Assembly (NCBI GenBank): GCA_013177895.1
Contig: JABLXV010000002.1
Location: forward strand, 1,285-65,284
From: Brevinematales bacterium
GTDB lineage: Bacteria > Spirochaetota > Brevinematia > Brevinematales > GWF1-51-8
Reading direction: 5' to 3'
Length of the DNA: 64,000 nucleotides
This document shows positions 1 to 8,191 of the stretch, piece after piece. The notes under the pieces were generated by a model. The model searched no databases. It worked only from the letters and a program-made list of their open reading frames with translations, and was not told where the DNA came from. The position numbers and the translations under genes were made by a program. Positions within the stretch are counted from its first letter, which is position 1. The number at the start of each line of letters is the position of its first letter.

Positions 1-1184
1 GCTTCCTGCAGCGCTTTCAGCTCCAGCACAGCCTTCTTCAGGATCGTCTCGGCGATATTCATATGCGTCTCGAAATACAATCCCATCGCCTTCTCGACAA
101 TATCCCGGCATATCCGGCGCGCTTCGAGCGGCTCGGTAAGTTTGTCCTTCGTCTGTCCCTTGAACTCCGCGTTGGGAATACGCGTATTGATGACGCAGGT
201 CAGCCCGAACGCGAGGGTTTTTTTATTGATCTTGTCGCCCTTCTTATCGATATTGAGACGCTCGGCGAACTTCTGCATGACCTTCTCATACGCCATCCAG
301 AACCCGTCGACATGTATCCCGTGGTTTTTCGTGTGGATACTATTGACATAGCTGAATATCTCCGGGTCTTCGCCGGAATTGCGGTACTGTAAGACCACGT
401 CCGCGGTGATGCCGTCCAATTCCCCCGTGGTCTTCACCGGATCGGGGAATATCACATCATAGTCGCGGTTCAGCTCGTTCTTCATAAACTCGTAGATACC
501 CTCGTCATACTTGTATACCTGCGTGACAAAGCCCGAAGGGTTTTCAGGGTCCTGCTGCATCTTATCCTCGAACGTCACTTCCAGCCCGGGGTTGAGGAAC
601 GCCACTTCGCGGAGGCGTCCGGCAAGCGACGCCGAACTGAACTTGGTTATCTGGAATATGGTGTCGTCGGGCTTGAAACGGATGAGGGTGCCCGTTTTAT
701 CGGTCTTTCCCGCTTCCTTGAGAGACTGAACCTTCAGTCCGCGTTCGAAACGGATCGTATAGATTTTCCCGTCGCGGTAGACCTCGGCCTCGAGGAATTC
801 CGCCAACGCGTTAACGACCGACAGCCCCACCCCGTGCAGGCCGCCGGAGACCTGATAGGACTCGCGGTCGAACTTTCCGCCGGAATGGAGGCGGGTCATC
901 ACCACTTCTATCGCGGGGACGCCTTCCTGGGCATGCATACCTACCGGGATGCCGCGCCCGTTATCCTCAATTTCGAGAGTGTCGGGGGCGATGAGGCTGA
1001 CACGGATTTTATCCGCTACCCCCGCGAGATGCTCGTCCACCGAGTTATCGATGATTTCTATAGCGAGATGGTGGTATCCTTCGACGTCGCGGTCGCCGAT
1101 ATACATATCCGGGCGCTTCCGCACCCCGTCGGGATAATTCAGAGACGCGATTGAATCGGCATTGTACTCTTTACTTTTAGGCAT
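1..1184 (-). CDS. Type IIA DNA topoisomerase subunit B (GyrB/ParE family), N-terminal ATPase part; gene continues beyond window start
   Basis: Not in the ORF track because there is no stop inside the window. My translation of the minus strand from ATG at 1184..1182 gives MPKSKEYNADSIASL..VRKRPDMYIGD..HHLAIEIIDNSVDEHLAG..IEDNGRGIPV..RLHSGGKFD..YQVSGGLHGVGLSVVNALA. These are the GHKL N-box and G-boxes typical of GyrB/ParE. Plus-strand ORFs 63-1154 are antisense shadows. Confidence 0.85.
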   Translation of the reverse strand, partial: MPKSKEYNADSIASLNYPDGVRKRPDMYIGDRDVEGYHHLAIEIIDNSVDEHLAGVADKIRVSLIAPDTLEIEDNGRGIPVGMHAQEGVPAIEVVMTRLHSGGKFDRESYQVSGGLHGVGLSVVNALAEFLEAEVYRDGKIYTIRFERGLKVQSLKEAGKTDKTGTLIRFKPDDTIFQITKFSSASLAGRLREVAFLNPGLEVTFEDKMQQDPENPSGFVTQVYKYDEGIYEFMKNELNRDYDVIFPDPVKTTGELDGITADVVLQYRNSGEDPEIFSYVNSIHTKNHGIHVDGFWMAYEKVMQKFAERLNIDKKGDKINKKTLAFGLTCVINTRIPNAEFKGQTKDKLTEPLEARRICRDIVEKAMGLYFETHMNIAETILKKAVLELKALQE

Positions 1185-1400
1185 GTTTCCCCTCTTTACG
1201 ATTGGCGAATGGTAGATTATTATAGCATATTTCCGGGGAAAAATGAAGTTTTTAGCCTGTTTCTTATTCCCTGTCGTTTATATCCCTGTATGCAATTACA
1301 TGAATACATGTATTCTATAATTTTGATTGAACAACATGGGCGGATTACGGTAATTTCTGCCTGAAGCATTAACCGATAGGGTACGCAGTACAGTTATTCA

Positions 1401-1595
1401 CTTCTCATGCGTTTTTCTATACTTGTACATCGCAGGCTAGCAGTAGCTGTTCAGTGCCCCGGTTGATAATGGGATTGCCCCCGCTCAGCGGGATTTTAAC
1501 TTCTCATTCGTTCCTCTAAACCTATCCATCGCAGGCTAGCAGTAGCTGTTCAGTACCCCGGTTGATAATGGGATTGCCCCCGCTCAGCGGGATTA
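1401..1595. repeat. Two tandem ~99-bp direct repeats in a divergent intergenic region
   Basis: Unit 1 is 1401-1499 and unit 2 is 1500-1595. The 68-nt core catcgcaggctagcagtagctgttcagtRccccggttgataatgggattgcccccgctcagcgggatt (1428-1495 vs 1527-1594) differs at one base. It contains the small hairpin cccgc-tca-gcggg. Confidence 0.9.
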
Positions 1596-1648
1596 CTTGA
1601 CGCGCGGGCGTCGGCCGTGTAAGATATATCCCCGGTACGGAGGCACGA

Positions 1649-4423
1649 ATGAGAAAAATATCCACCATCATCATTTTTATCACATTGATAACAGCCGCCC
1701 TGCGCGCGCAGATGTTCGACCCCGGAAGCTCGCTCTCCGTGCTGAAAACCAAGTACTTCGATATTATCTATTCCGATAATTCCAAGGCCGCCGCTATCGA
1801 GCTCGCGGGGTTCGCGGATAAGACGTTCGAGAAGATTACGAACCTCCTGCCGACCCTCGACCGCCAGAGGATTACCGTCGTCATTACATCGGACTATTTC
1901 GACGCGAACGGGTTCAGCCGGACTGTGCCGTATAACCATATCCTGCTCTACGCCTATCCCCCGGAGTTCGAATCCTCCATCGGGAACTACCGTGTCTGGC
2001 TCGAGGACTTGTTTACCCACGAGCTCACGCACGCGGTATCGCTCAATATCCGTTCGCCGTTCATGCAGGGGCTCTCCTCAGTCTTCGGCCCGTGGGTACA
2101 GACGCAGGTCTATATGACCCCGTGGTTCATGGTCGAGGGCGTCACCGTCAGCTTCGAGAGCCTCGACGGGTTCGGGCGGGTGAACAATCCCTATGTTACC
2201 GCGACCATCGCGCAGGATATTATCGACGGGAAATTCCACGATACCGCGCAGGCGTCGGGGGCATACGATATCTACCCCGGCGGGCAGATCCCCTATTTCT
2301 ACGGCGGACTGTTCAGCAGTTTCATCCAGCATAAGTACGGAATGGAGAAATACGCCCAGCTCTGGCGGACTACGGGTAACGGGAATATCTTCGCGCTCCT
2401 GCCGGGGAGTTTTCAGGAGGTGTACGGGACGTCGGTTTACGACGAATGGAATCTCTTCAAATACACATTCGCGCCCAAGGAAAAAATTACCGTCAATACC
2501 AATAAGCTCCTGCCGGATTACGCGGGGATTTTCAGCGCCGCGCTCGCGGGAAATAAAATCTACTATGTTGACTATTTCCTCCAGCTTCTCCGGGAGTACG
2601 ATACGTCCGGCGGAAAAATCCGCGACCTGTTCGGTATCGCGAGCGACGTCGTTTCGATAAACGCATCCCCCGACGGGAAGATGCTCGCGCTGAACCGGAT
2701 GGCGTATGTGAACGGGATGCCGAAGCTGTTTACCGAGTTTTACGATATCGCGAAAAACTCCGTGCTCGAGCAGAAATATCCCGGAATCCGCGAGGCGTCG
2801 TTCTTCCGCGCGCCCGGCGGCTCCGATACCGATGTCGCCGCCATCCGCGTTATCGATCATTATACCGACCTCGTCCTGATCCGTAACGGCGTGACGACCG
2901 TACTTCTGACCGGAGACATGGACACCTACTACGGGCATCCCCTGCAATGGGACGAGAACCGCATCGTATTCATCCAAAGCGAGAAGGGCAAGAAGTCGCT
3001 CGCGGTGTTCGACCTCCGTGACGGGACTGTCTCGACAATCGCAGCGCCGGGTATCGACACGGGATATCTCCACGACGTCTCGGTGCATAACGGGAAACTC
3101 TACTTCTCCGCCGGGACGATGGGGTTGTTATACCGCGCGGGGTGGACCGACCTCAAGACGATGAGCATCCAGACCAACCAGTACTCCGGCGGGATGTACT
3201 ACCCGATGCCGATCGGGGATACTCTCTACTACGCGGCGAGCTTCGCGGACGGCGCGCAGCTGATGAAATGCCCCGTCCCGTTACCGGAACTCCCCGTGAT
3301 GACCGCCGGCGTTGAGTTGAGCAACTACACCCCCGAACCGCCCGCCCAGCCGGGGAATGAACAGACGAATTACACGACCGCGCCGTATTATCCGCTCGGA
3401 TACCTCGCCCCGCGCGTATGGGCGCCGTATATCAATATCAACGCGAAGGGGGAGCTCGACGCGGTCGGTGTGCTGACCTTCCTCGCCGACCCCGTGCGGA
3501 ATAACCAGGCCGTGTCGCCCATAGTCATGTACAACTTCGTGAAACCGTTCGCCGACTTCTCCATCGGATGGGACAATACCGCGTTCCCGGTCAACTTCAG
3601 TATTTTCCTCAGCGATTGGATAAATTACTCCAGGTATTATACCGATTATTACCGCCAGACCTCGGCGAGCCTGTCGTTCTGGTGGGTGCGCCGGTTCGTC
3701 CCGGCATGCAACTACCTCGCGCTCGGCGGGTATGTCTCCCATTCGAGTATCGCGTGGGATAACCATACCGACCTTTCGCCGTACTACTGGAAATATATCA
3801 CCGATGTGACGACCGCGACCGTGTACGCGCAGGCGTCGACCTTCGTGACGCTGTATAACTTTTTCCAGTACCGGGGATGGACGGCGACCGTGTACGCCGA
3901 CTATAATTTTCAGCACAATGCCTATAAAGCCGAGTTCAGCCTGAAAATCGCGCCGCATTTCCTCGCGGCGCTCGTCAATCTCTACGGGGCATACTCGGAC
4001 AGGCCGATCCTCAATACATCGTCGGCGAACACTTATTTCTGGGGCAACCATTACCCCGCGTTCTACGAATACCAGTCCTATTATATTAATAGAACCTACT
4101 ACTTCTGCGGCAACCTGTCGTTCCCGGTATTCGACTGGGAGATGCAATGGGGGCCGGGGTTGGTTCCGCTCTATTTCAACCGTTTTTACCTCGTGACCGG
4201 ATACCGCGCGGCATGGATAGAGCCCCTGTACCTGCAATCCGCATACGCGCGGGTTACCCTAGAAACCACCCTGTTCGCGAACCTGAATCTCAACGGGTAC
4301 TTCGAGGCGTACTACGCGATCAACGACAACCGGTTCGATTACCGATGGGGGGTCAATTTCGACCTGTGGTTTTTAGGTTTGGATCGTCCCGGTAAGGTAA
4401 AGGCCGACCCGGGGACGATGTAG
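1649..4423 (+). CDS. Secreted 924-aa protein with an HExxH metallopeptidase-like N-terminal region, a beta-propeller-like middle and a Tyr/Trp-rich beta-barrel-like C-terminus
   Basis: Signal-peptide-like N-terminus MRKISTIIIFITLITAALRAQ. HExxH motif LFTHELTHAV. TolB/WD40-like stretch SPDGKMLALNR. GGAGG lies ~6 nt upstream of the ATG. The long ORF dominates its antisense shadows. Confidence 0.7.
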   Translation: MRKISTIIIFITLITAALRAQMFDPGSSLSVLKTKYFDIIYSDNSKAAAIELAGFADKTFEKITNLLPTLDRQRITVVITSDYFDANGFSRTVPYNHILLYAYPPEFESSIGNYRVWLEDLFTHELTHAVSLNIRSPFMQGLSSVFGPWVQTQVYMTPWFMVEGVTVSFESLDGFGRVNNPYVTATIAQDIIDGKFHDTAQASGAYDIYPGGQIPYFYGGLFSSFIQHKYGMEKYAQLWRTTGNGNIFALLPGSFQEVYGTSVYDEWNLFKYTFAPKEKITVNTNKLLPDYAGIFSAALAGNKIYYVDYFLQLLREYDTSGGKIRDLFGIASDVVSINASPDGKMLALNRMAYVNGMPKLFTEFYDIAKNSVLEQKYPGIREASFFRAPGGSDTDVAAIRVIDHYTDLVLIRNGVTTVLLTGDMDTYYGHPLQWDENRIVFIQSEKGKKSLAVFDLRDGTVSTIAAPGIDTGYLHDVSVHNGKLYFSAGTMGLLYRAGWTDLKTMSIQTNQYSGGMYYPMPIGDTLYYAASFADGAQLMKCPVPLPELPVMTAGVELSNYTPEPPAQPGNEQTNYTTAPYYPLGYLAPRVWAPYININAKGELDAVGVLTFLADPVRNNQAVSPIVMYNFVKPFADFSIGWDNTAFPVNFSIFLSDWINYSRYYTDYYRQTSASLSFWWVRRFVPACNYLALGGYVSHSSIAWDNHTDLSPYYWKYITDVTTATVYAQASTFVTLYNFFQYRGWTATVYADYNFQHNAYKAEFSLKIAPHFLAALVNLYGAYSDRPILNTSSANTYFWGNHYPAFYEYQSYYINRTYYFCGNLSFPVFDWEMQWGPGLVPLYFNRFYLVTGYRAAWIEPLYLQSAYARVTLETTLFANLNLNGYFEAYYAINDNRFDYRWGVNFDLWFLGLDRPGKVKADPGTM

Positions 4424-4469
4424 GGGTTTGCCCGCGCGAGATTTTCACATCGCGGAAACGATAAATCTC

Positions 4470-4498
4470 TTGACATGGAAGCGTTTCCATACTATACT
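4470..4498 (+). promoter_or_regulatory. Sigma70-like promoter with an overlapping LacI-family-type palindromic operator
   Basis: TTGACA (4470-4475), 17-nt spacer, TATACT (4493-4498). The spacer carries the near-perfect palindrome ATGGAAGCGTTTCCAT (4475-4490), which fits the TGnAAnCGnTTnCA operator class of LacI/CcpA regulators. It lies 17 nt upstream of the lacI-family gene. Confidence 0.6.
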
Positions 4499-4514
4499 GT
4501 TCCCGGAGTGAACC

Positions 4515-5459
4515 ATGACGACTATTAAAGATATCGCGAAGGCCGCAGGGGTGGGGCTGGGGACTGTCTCGCGCGCGCTGAACGGCGAGCCGAATATCCG
4601 CCCGGACACCCGCGACCGCATCCTGCTTGCCGCCCGGAAGCTGGGTTATCGCCCCAACGAAGCCGCGCGCAGTCTCGCGCGAGGGGGATTTTCCTCGGCC
4701 ACCATCGGCATCGTTTTGCCAATGATTTCTCACCCCTTCTATTTTGAAATTCTCCGGGGCATCCATACCGCGTTCAACGAGATCGACAAGAACCTGATGG
4801 TATTCAACCTCGGGGCACACGAGGAACTGGTGGTCGGGCATATCGCGAAGGAGAATCTCGCGGGAATTATAGTCGTCGCCGCGGGGATTTCGCCCGACAG
4901 CCTGACTCTCCTCAACGCGCAGGATACGAACGTCCTGTTCCTCGACAGGCGCGAAGAACGCGCGGTATCGTACTGGATCGACAATACCCTCGGGGGAAGT
5001 CTCGCCGCGAAATACCTGCTTGACGCGGGTTGCGGGAATATCGCGTATATCGGCGACAGCGGCGAAAGCCAGCAGCAGGACGACCGTCTCGCGGGATTCC
5101 GCGCGGAACTCTCACGCGCCGGGAAAACCCTCGCCAGCGAAACATTCATCCATATCGACGAGCAGCTCGCATACGAAACCGCCGCGTCGGTCTTCCAATC
5201 CGGCGCTATCGACGGGGTATTCTGTTTCTGCGACAGTATCGCTTATGGGGTGATGCGCTATATGAAGGAACACGGCCAAAGCGCGCGGATTATCGGGTAT
5301 GACGACGCGCCCGCGTCGCAATACCTCGGACTGTCGTCCGTCCGCCAGCCCGCGTTCGAGATGGGCTACGAGGGCGCGCGGGCTGCCGCGAACCGTCCCG
5401 AGAAGGATAAACCGAAATCGCGGGTATTTCTGCCCGCGGTAGTCGATAGAAATTCATAA
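4515..5459 (+). CDS. LacI-family transcriptional regulator
   Basis: N-terminal HTH MTTIKDIAKAAGVGLGTVSRALNG followed by a periplasmic-binding-protein-like sugar-binding fold. Length is 314 aa. Confidence 0.9.
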   Translation: MTTIKDIAKAAGVGLGTVSRALNGEPNIRPDTRDRILLAARKLGYRPNEAARSLARGGFSSATIGIVLPMISHPFYFEILRGIHTAFNEIDKNLMVFNLGAHEELVVGHIAKENLAGIIVVAAGISPDSLTLLNAQDTNVLFLDRREERAVSYWIDNTLGGSLAAKYLLDAGCGNIAYIGDSGESQQQDDRLAGFRAELSRAGKTLASETFIHIDEQLAYETAASVFQSGAIDGVFCFCDSIAYGVMRYMKEHGQSARIIGYDDAPASQYLGLSSVRQPAFEMGYEGARAAANRPEKDKPKSRVFLPAVVDRNS

Positions 5460-5476
5460 TATTTGCGGAGGCGACT

Positions 5477-7855
5477 ATGAAAAAGTTTTTTGCCCTATTG
5501 GCGGTTTTATTTATCATGCTGAGTATCCCGTTATGCCGCGAGGCGACGGTCAAGCCCGGGACTTCCGGCGCGATGGGAAAGCTCCGTTCCTACGACTATA
5601 ACTATGGGAAACTTGTGCTGAATTACGACAGTTTTTCCGCTGTCGTGGAGATTCTCGACGGGCCTATCGTAAAGGTATCCGCGTCGTATCTCCCCGCTCT
5701 GCCCTACCACTATTCCTACGCGGTCGTCGGTGAAAAGCCGCTCGCGGGCGCGGAGAAAATACTGCATCTCTCCAATAATATGTACATCATCAGATGGGAC
5801 GATTATGAAGTCCGGGTGCCGATGGACGGTGCGTTCGGCGTAACCCTCCTCAAGGGCGGGAAACAGCTTTACAAGACGACGATGGTCGAGGACGACGAGG
5901 AATACAAGCTCTATCTGGTCAGCCCCGTGGAGAAAGAACGTTACTTCGGGCTGGGCGAAAAGACCGGCAAGCTCGAGCTTACCGGGCGCACATTTGTAAA
6001 TTACAACTCCGATACCTATAAGTACGGGGTGAACACCGACCCGATATACAGCGCTATCCCGTTCTATCTCGCGCTGGGTAACGGGTACTCCTACGGGATA
6101 TTCATCGATAACCCCGCGCGTTCCGAGTTCAGCTTCACCAAGGCCGAATACTCGCAGGCGGTGTATGACGACCGCATCGATTTCTATATCATCCCCGGCG
6201 AGCCGAAGGCTGTCCTGAAGAACTATGCCTCGCTCACCGGCAAGCCGAACCTCCCGCCGATGTGGGGGCTCGGGTATCACCAGTGCCGTTACAGCTACCT
6301 CAGCCAGAAGGAAGTGATGACGGTGGCGGAGAATTTCCAGAAGAACGGGCTCCCGCTCGATACGATTTACCTCGATATCGACTTTATGAGCAACAATATG
6401 GCGTTCACCTATAACCCGTCGGCATTCCCCGACCCCAAGGGGATGAACGAGGCTCTCGAGAAACAGGGCGTCCGGCTGGTGGCGATAGTCGACCCGGGTA
6501 TCAAGACCGATAAGAAGTACGGCGTCTATACCTCCGGCACCAACCTCGGGGTGTTCGTGCTGATCACGAATAAAAGCAAGACTGCGGCGTCGCCGTGGAA
6601 AATCTATACCGGGAGCGTATGGCCCGGACTCTGCGCGTTCCCGGACTTCACCAAGCCCGCGACTTTCCAGTGGTGGCAGGCTCAGCATCCCGTGCTCCTC
6701 AATCTCGGTATCGACGGGTTCTGGAACGATATGAACGAGCCGAGCGTATTCAACGTACAGGGCGGGACGATGGCGGGCGACGCGATACAGGACAACCACG
6801 GCACGCCGACCGAGCACCAGTACCTGCATAATATCTACGGGCTGTCGATGGTCTCCGCGACCTTCGCGGCGGTGCATGCGCTCCAGCCCGATAAGCGGGT
6901 ATTTATCCTCACGCGCTCGGCGTACTCGGGTATCCAGCGGTATGCGTTCGTCTGGACGGGCGACAATCAGGCCGACTGGCCGCACCTCGCGATGAATGTC
7001 AGCATGGTGCTGAACCTCGGCTTGTCCGGGGTGCCGTTCAGCGGCGCGGATATCGGAGGATATACCGGAAGCCCCACCGAGGAATTGTTCGTCCGGTGGA
7101 TCCAGCTCGGCGCGTTCGCCCCGTTCATGCGCGACCATACCGAGAAGGGCACCAAACCGCAGGAACCCTACGTATTCGAGAAAAGCCTCCCGATTATCAA
7201 GAAATATATGAAGCTCCGCTATACCCTGATGCCCTATATTTATACGATGGCGTACGAGGCCTCGCGTGACGGAATCCCCGTGGTGCGCCCGTTGTTCCTC
7301 GAGTTCGGCGGGGATTATATGGACGTCGATCAGGAGTTCCTGTTCGGCGACAGCATCCTCGTCGCGCCCGTGCTCGATCCCCTCAAGAAGAAGGACTCCC
7401 TTTCGGTCGTGCTGCCCACGGGTATCTGGTACGACTATTTCAGCGGGAAGGTCTCCCAGGCGGGGAGTTATTCCCTGACGGTCACGATGGACGATATTCC
7501 GGTGTACGTCAAGGGCGGGAGTATTATCCCCGTGTTCGGGTTCGACTATATGAGCACGATGGACCTCCAGAAGAAGCGCGACGTCACATTGACCATCTAC
7601 CCCGACGAGGCGGGTAACGCATCGGGGCGTCTGTTCGAGGACGACATGGTGAGCTACGCGTACCAGAAGGGCGCGTATATCTACACCAAGTTCGAGTATA
7701 AGTCGTCAGGGAACTCCGCGTCGATCACGTCGGTAAAGGAAGGGAGTTTCGCGCTCAAGCGGAAACTCACGGCCGTCCTGCCGGCGGGCATCACCGCGCT
7801 GACCTATAACGGGAAAGCGGTCGCGGTCGCGGACGGGAAGGCCGTACTGGAATAA
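5477..7855 (+). CDS. Secreted glycoside hydrolase family 31 alpha-glucosidase
   Basis: Signal peptide MKKFFALLAVLFIMLSIP. GH31 nucleophile region GFWNDMNEPS plus TRSAYSGIQRYAFVWTGDN and PFMRDH blocks. GGAGG RBS. Confidence 0.9.
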   Translation: MKKFFALLAVLFIMLSIPLCREATVKPGTSGAMGKLRSYDYNYGKLVLNYDSFSAVVEILDGPIVKVSASYLPALPYHYSYAVVGEKPLAGAEKILHLSNNMYIIRWDDYEVRVPMDGAFGVTLLKGGKQLYKTTMVEDDEEYKLYLVSPVEKERYFGLGEKTGKLELTGRTFVNYNSDTYKYGVNTDPIYSAIPFYLALGNGYSYGIFIDNPARSEFSFTKAEYSQAVYDDRIDFYIIPGEPKAVLKNYASLTGKPNLPPMWGLGYHQCRYSYLSQKEVMTVAENFQKNGLPLDTIYLDIDFMSNNMAFTYNPSAFPDPKGMNEALEKQGVRLVAIVDPGIKTDKKYGVYTSGTNLGVFVLITNKSKTAASPWKIYTGSVWPGLCAFPDFTKPATFQWWQAQHPVLLNLGIDGFWNDMNEPSVFNVQGGTMAGDAIQDNHGTPTEHQYLHNIYGLSMVSATFAAVHALQPDKRVFILTRSAYSGIQRYAFVWTGDNQADWPHLAMNVSMVLNLGLSGVPFSGADIGGYTGSPTEELFVRWIQLGAFAPFMRDHTEKGTKPQEPYVFEKSLPIIKKYMKLRYTLMPYIYTMAYEASRDGIPVVRPLFLEFGGDYMDVDQEFLFGDSILVAPVLDPLKKKDSLSVVLPTGIWYDYFSGKVSQAGSYSLTVTMDDIPVYVKGGSIIPVFGFDYMSTMDLQKKRDVTLTIYPDEAGNASGRLFEDDMVSYAYQKGAYIYTKFEYKSSGNSASITSVKEGSFALKRKLTAVLPAGITALTYNGKAVAVADGKAVLE

Positions 7856-7969
7856 ACCCCGGAAACTTTGCGTTTCCCAACGGCGGTAATTAAACTATAG
7901 GGCGGTTTTAAAAACTTCATGGAAATGAAATGAATACGCATAATTATCGAATAAAAAAGATATTACTAT

Positions 7970-8108
7970 GTCACTGCGAGCCTGCCTTCTACCGAAGGTA
8001 GACAGGGAACGCAGTGACGAAGCAGTCTATGTAATTTATTAAATGACAATAGAATAGATTGCTTCTACCGCGCTTCAATAAGTTTTGTAGCGCGGCATCG
8101 CAATGACA
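7970..8108. repeat. Modular hairpin-rich intergenic repeat element (copy A)
   Basis: Shares the ordered blocks gtcactgcgag / gaagcagtct / caatagaat / gattgctt / caatgaca with 27447-27565. Contains two GC hairpins: cctgccttctaccgaaggtagacaggg and accgcgc..gcgcgg. Confidence 0.8.
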
Positions 8109-8191
8109 GGGTTATTTTCCTATTTGGTAATTTCGTAATTATTACTGAGTTATTAGAAGTGACCTATACCTATTCAAAAAGGGAGGATAAA

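Noticed and set aside
2078-3088. Long antisense ORFs inside GC-rich genes (for example 2078-3088, 3281-4237, 5531-7138, 9692-10588, 11777-12586, 15258-16133, 23310-24200, 24623-25363, 26328-27089, 32106-33125)
   Set aside because: Each lies fully inside a longer opposite-strand gene with clear family motifs. Their products are Arg/Gly/Pro-rich, low-complexity shadows typical of high-GC antisense frames, and they lack RBSs.
8143-8158. 12-mer gagttattagaa shared between 8146 and 42311 as a possible link between core and cargo
   Set aside because: By rough expectation, many exact 12-mer coincidences are expected by chance in 64 kb, and the flanks show no extended similarity.
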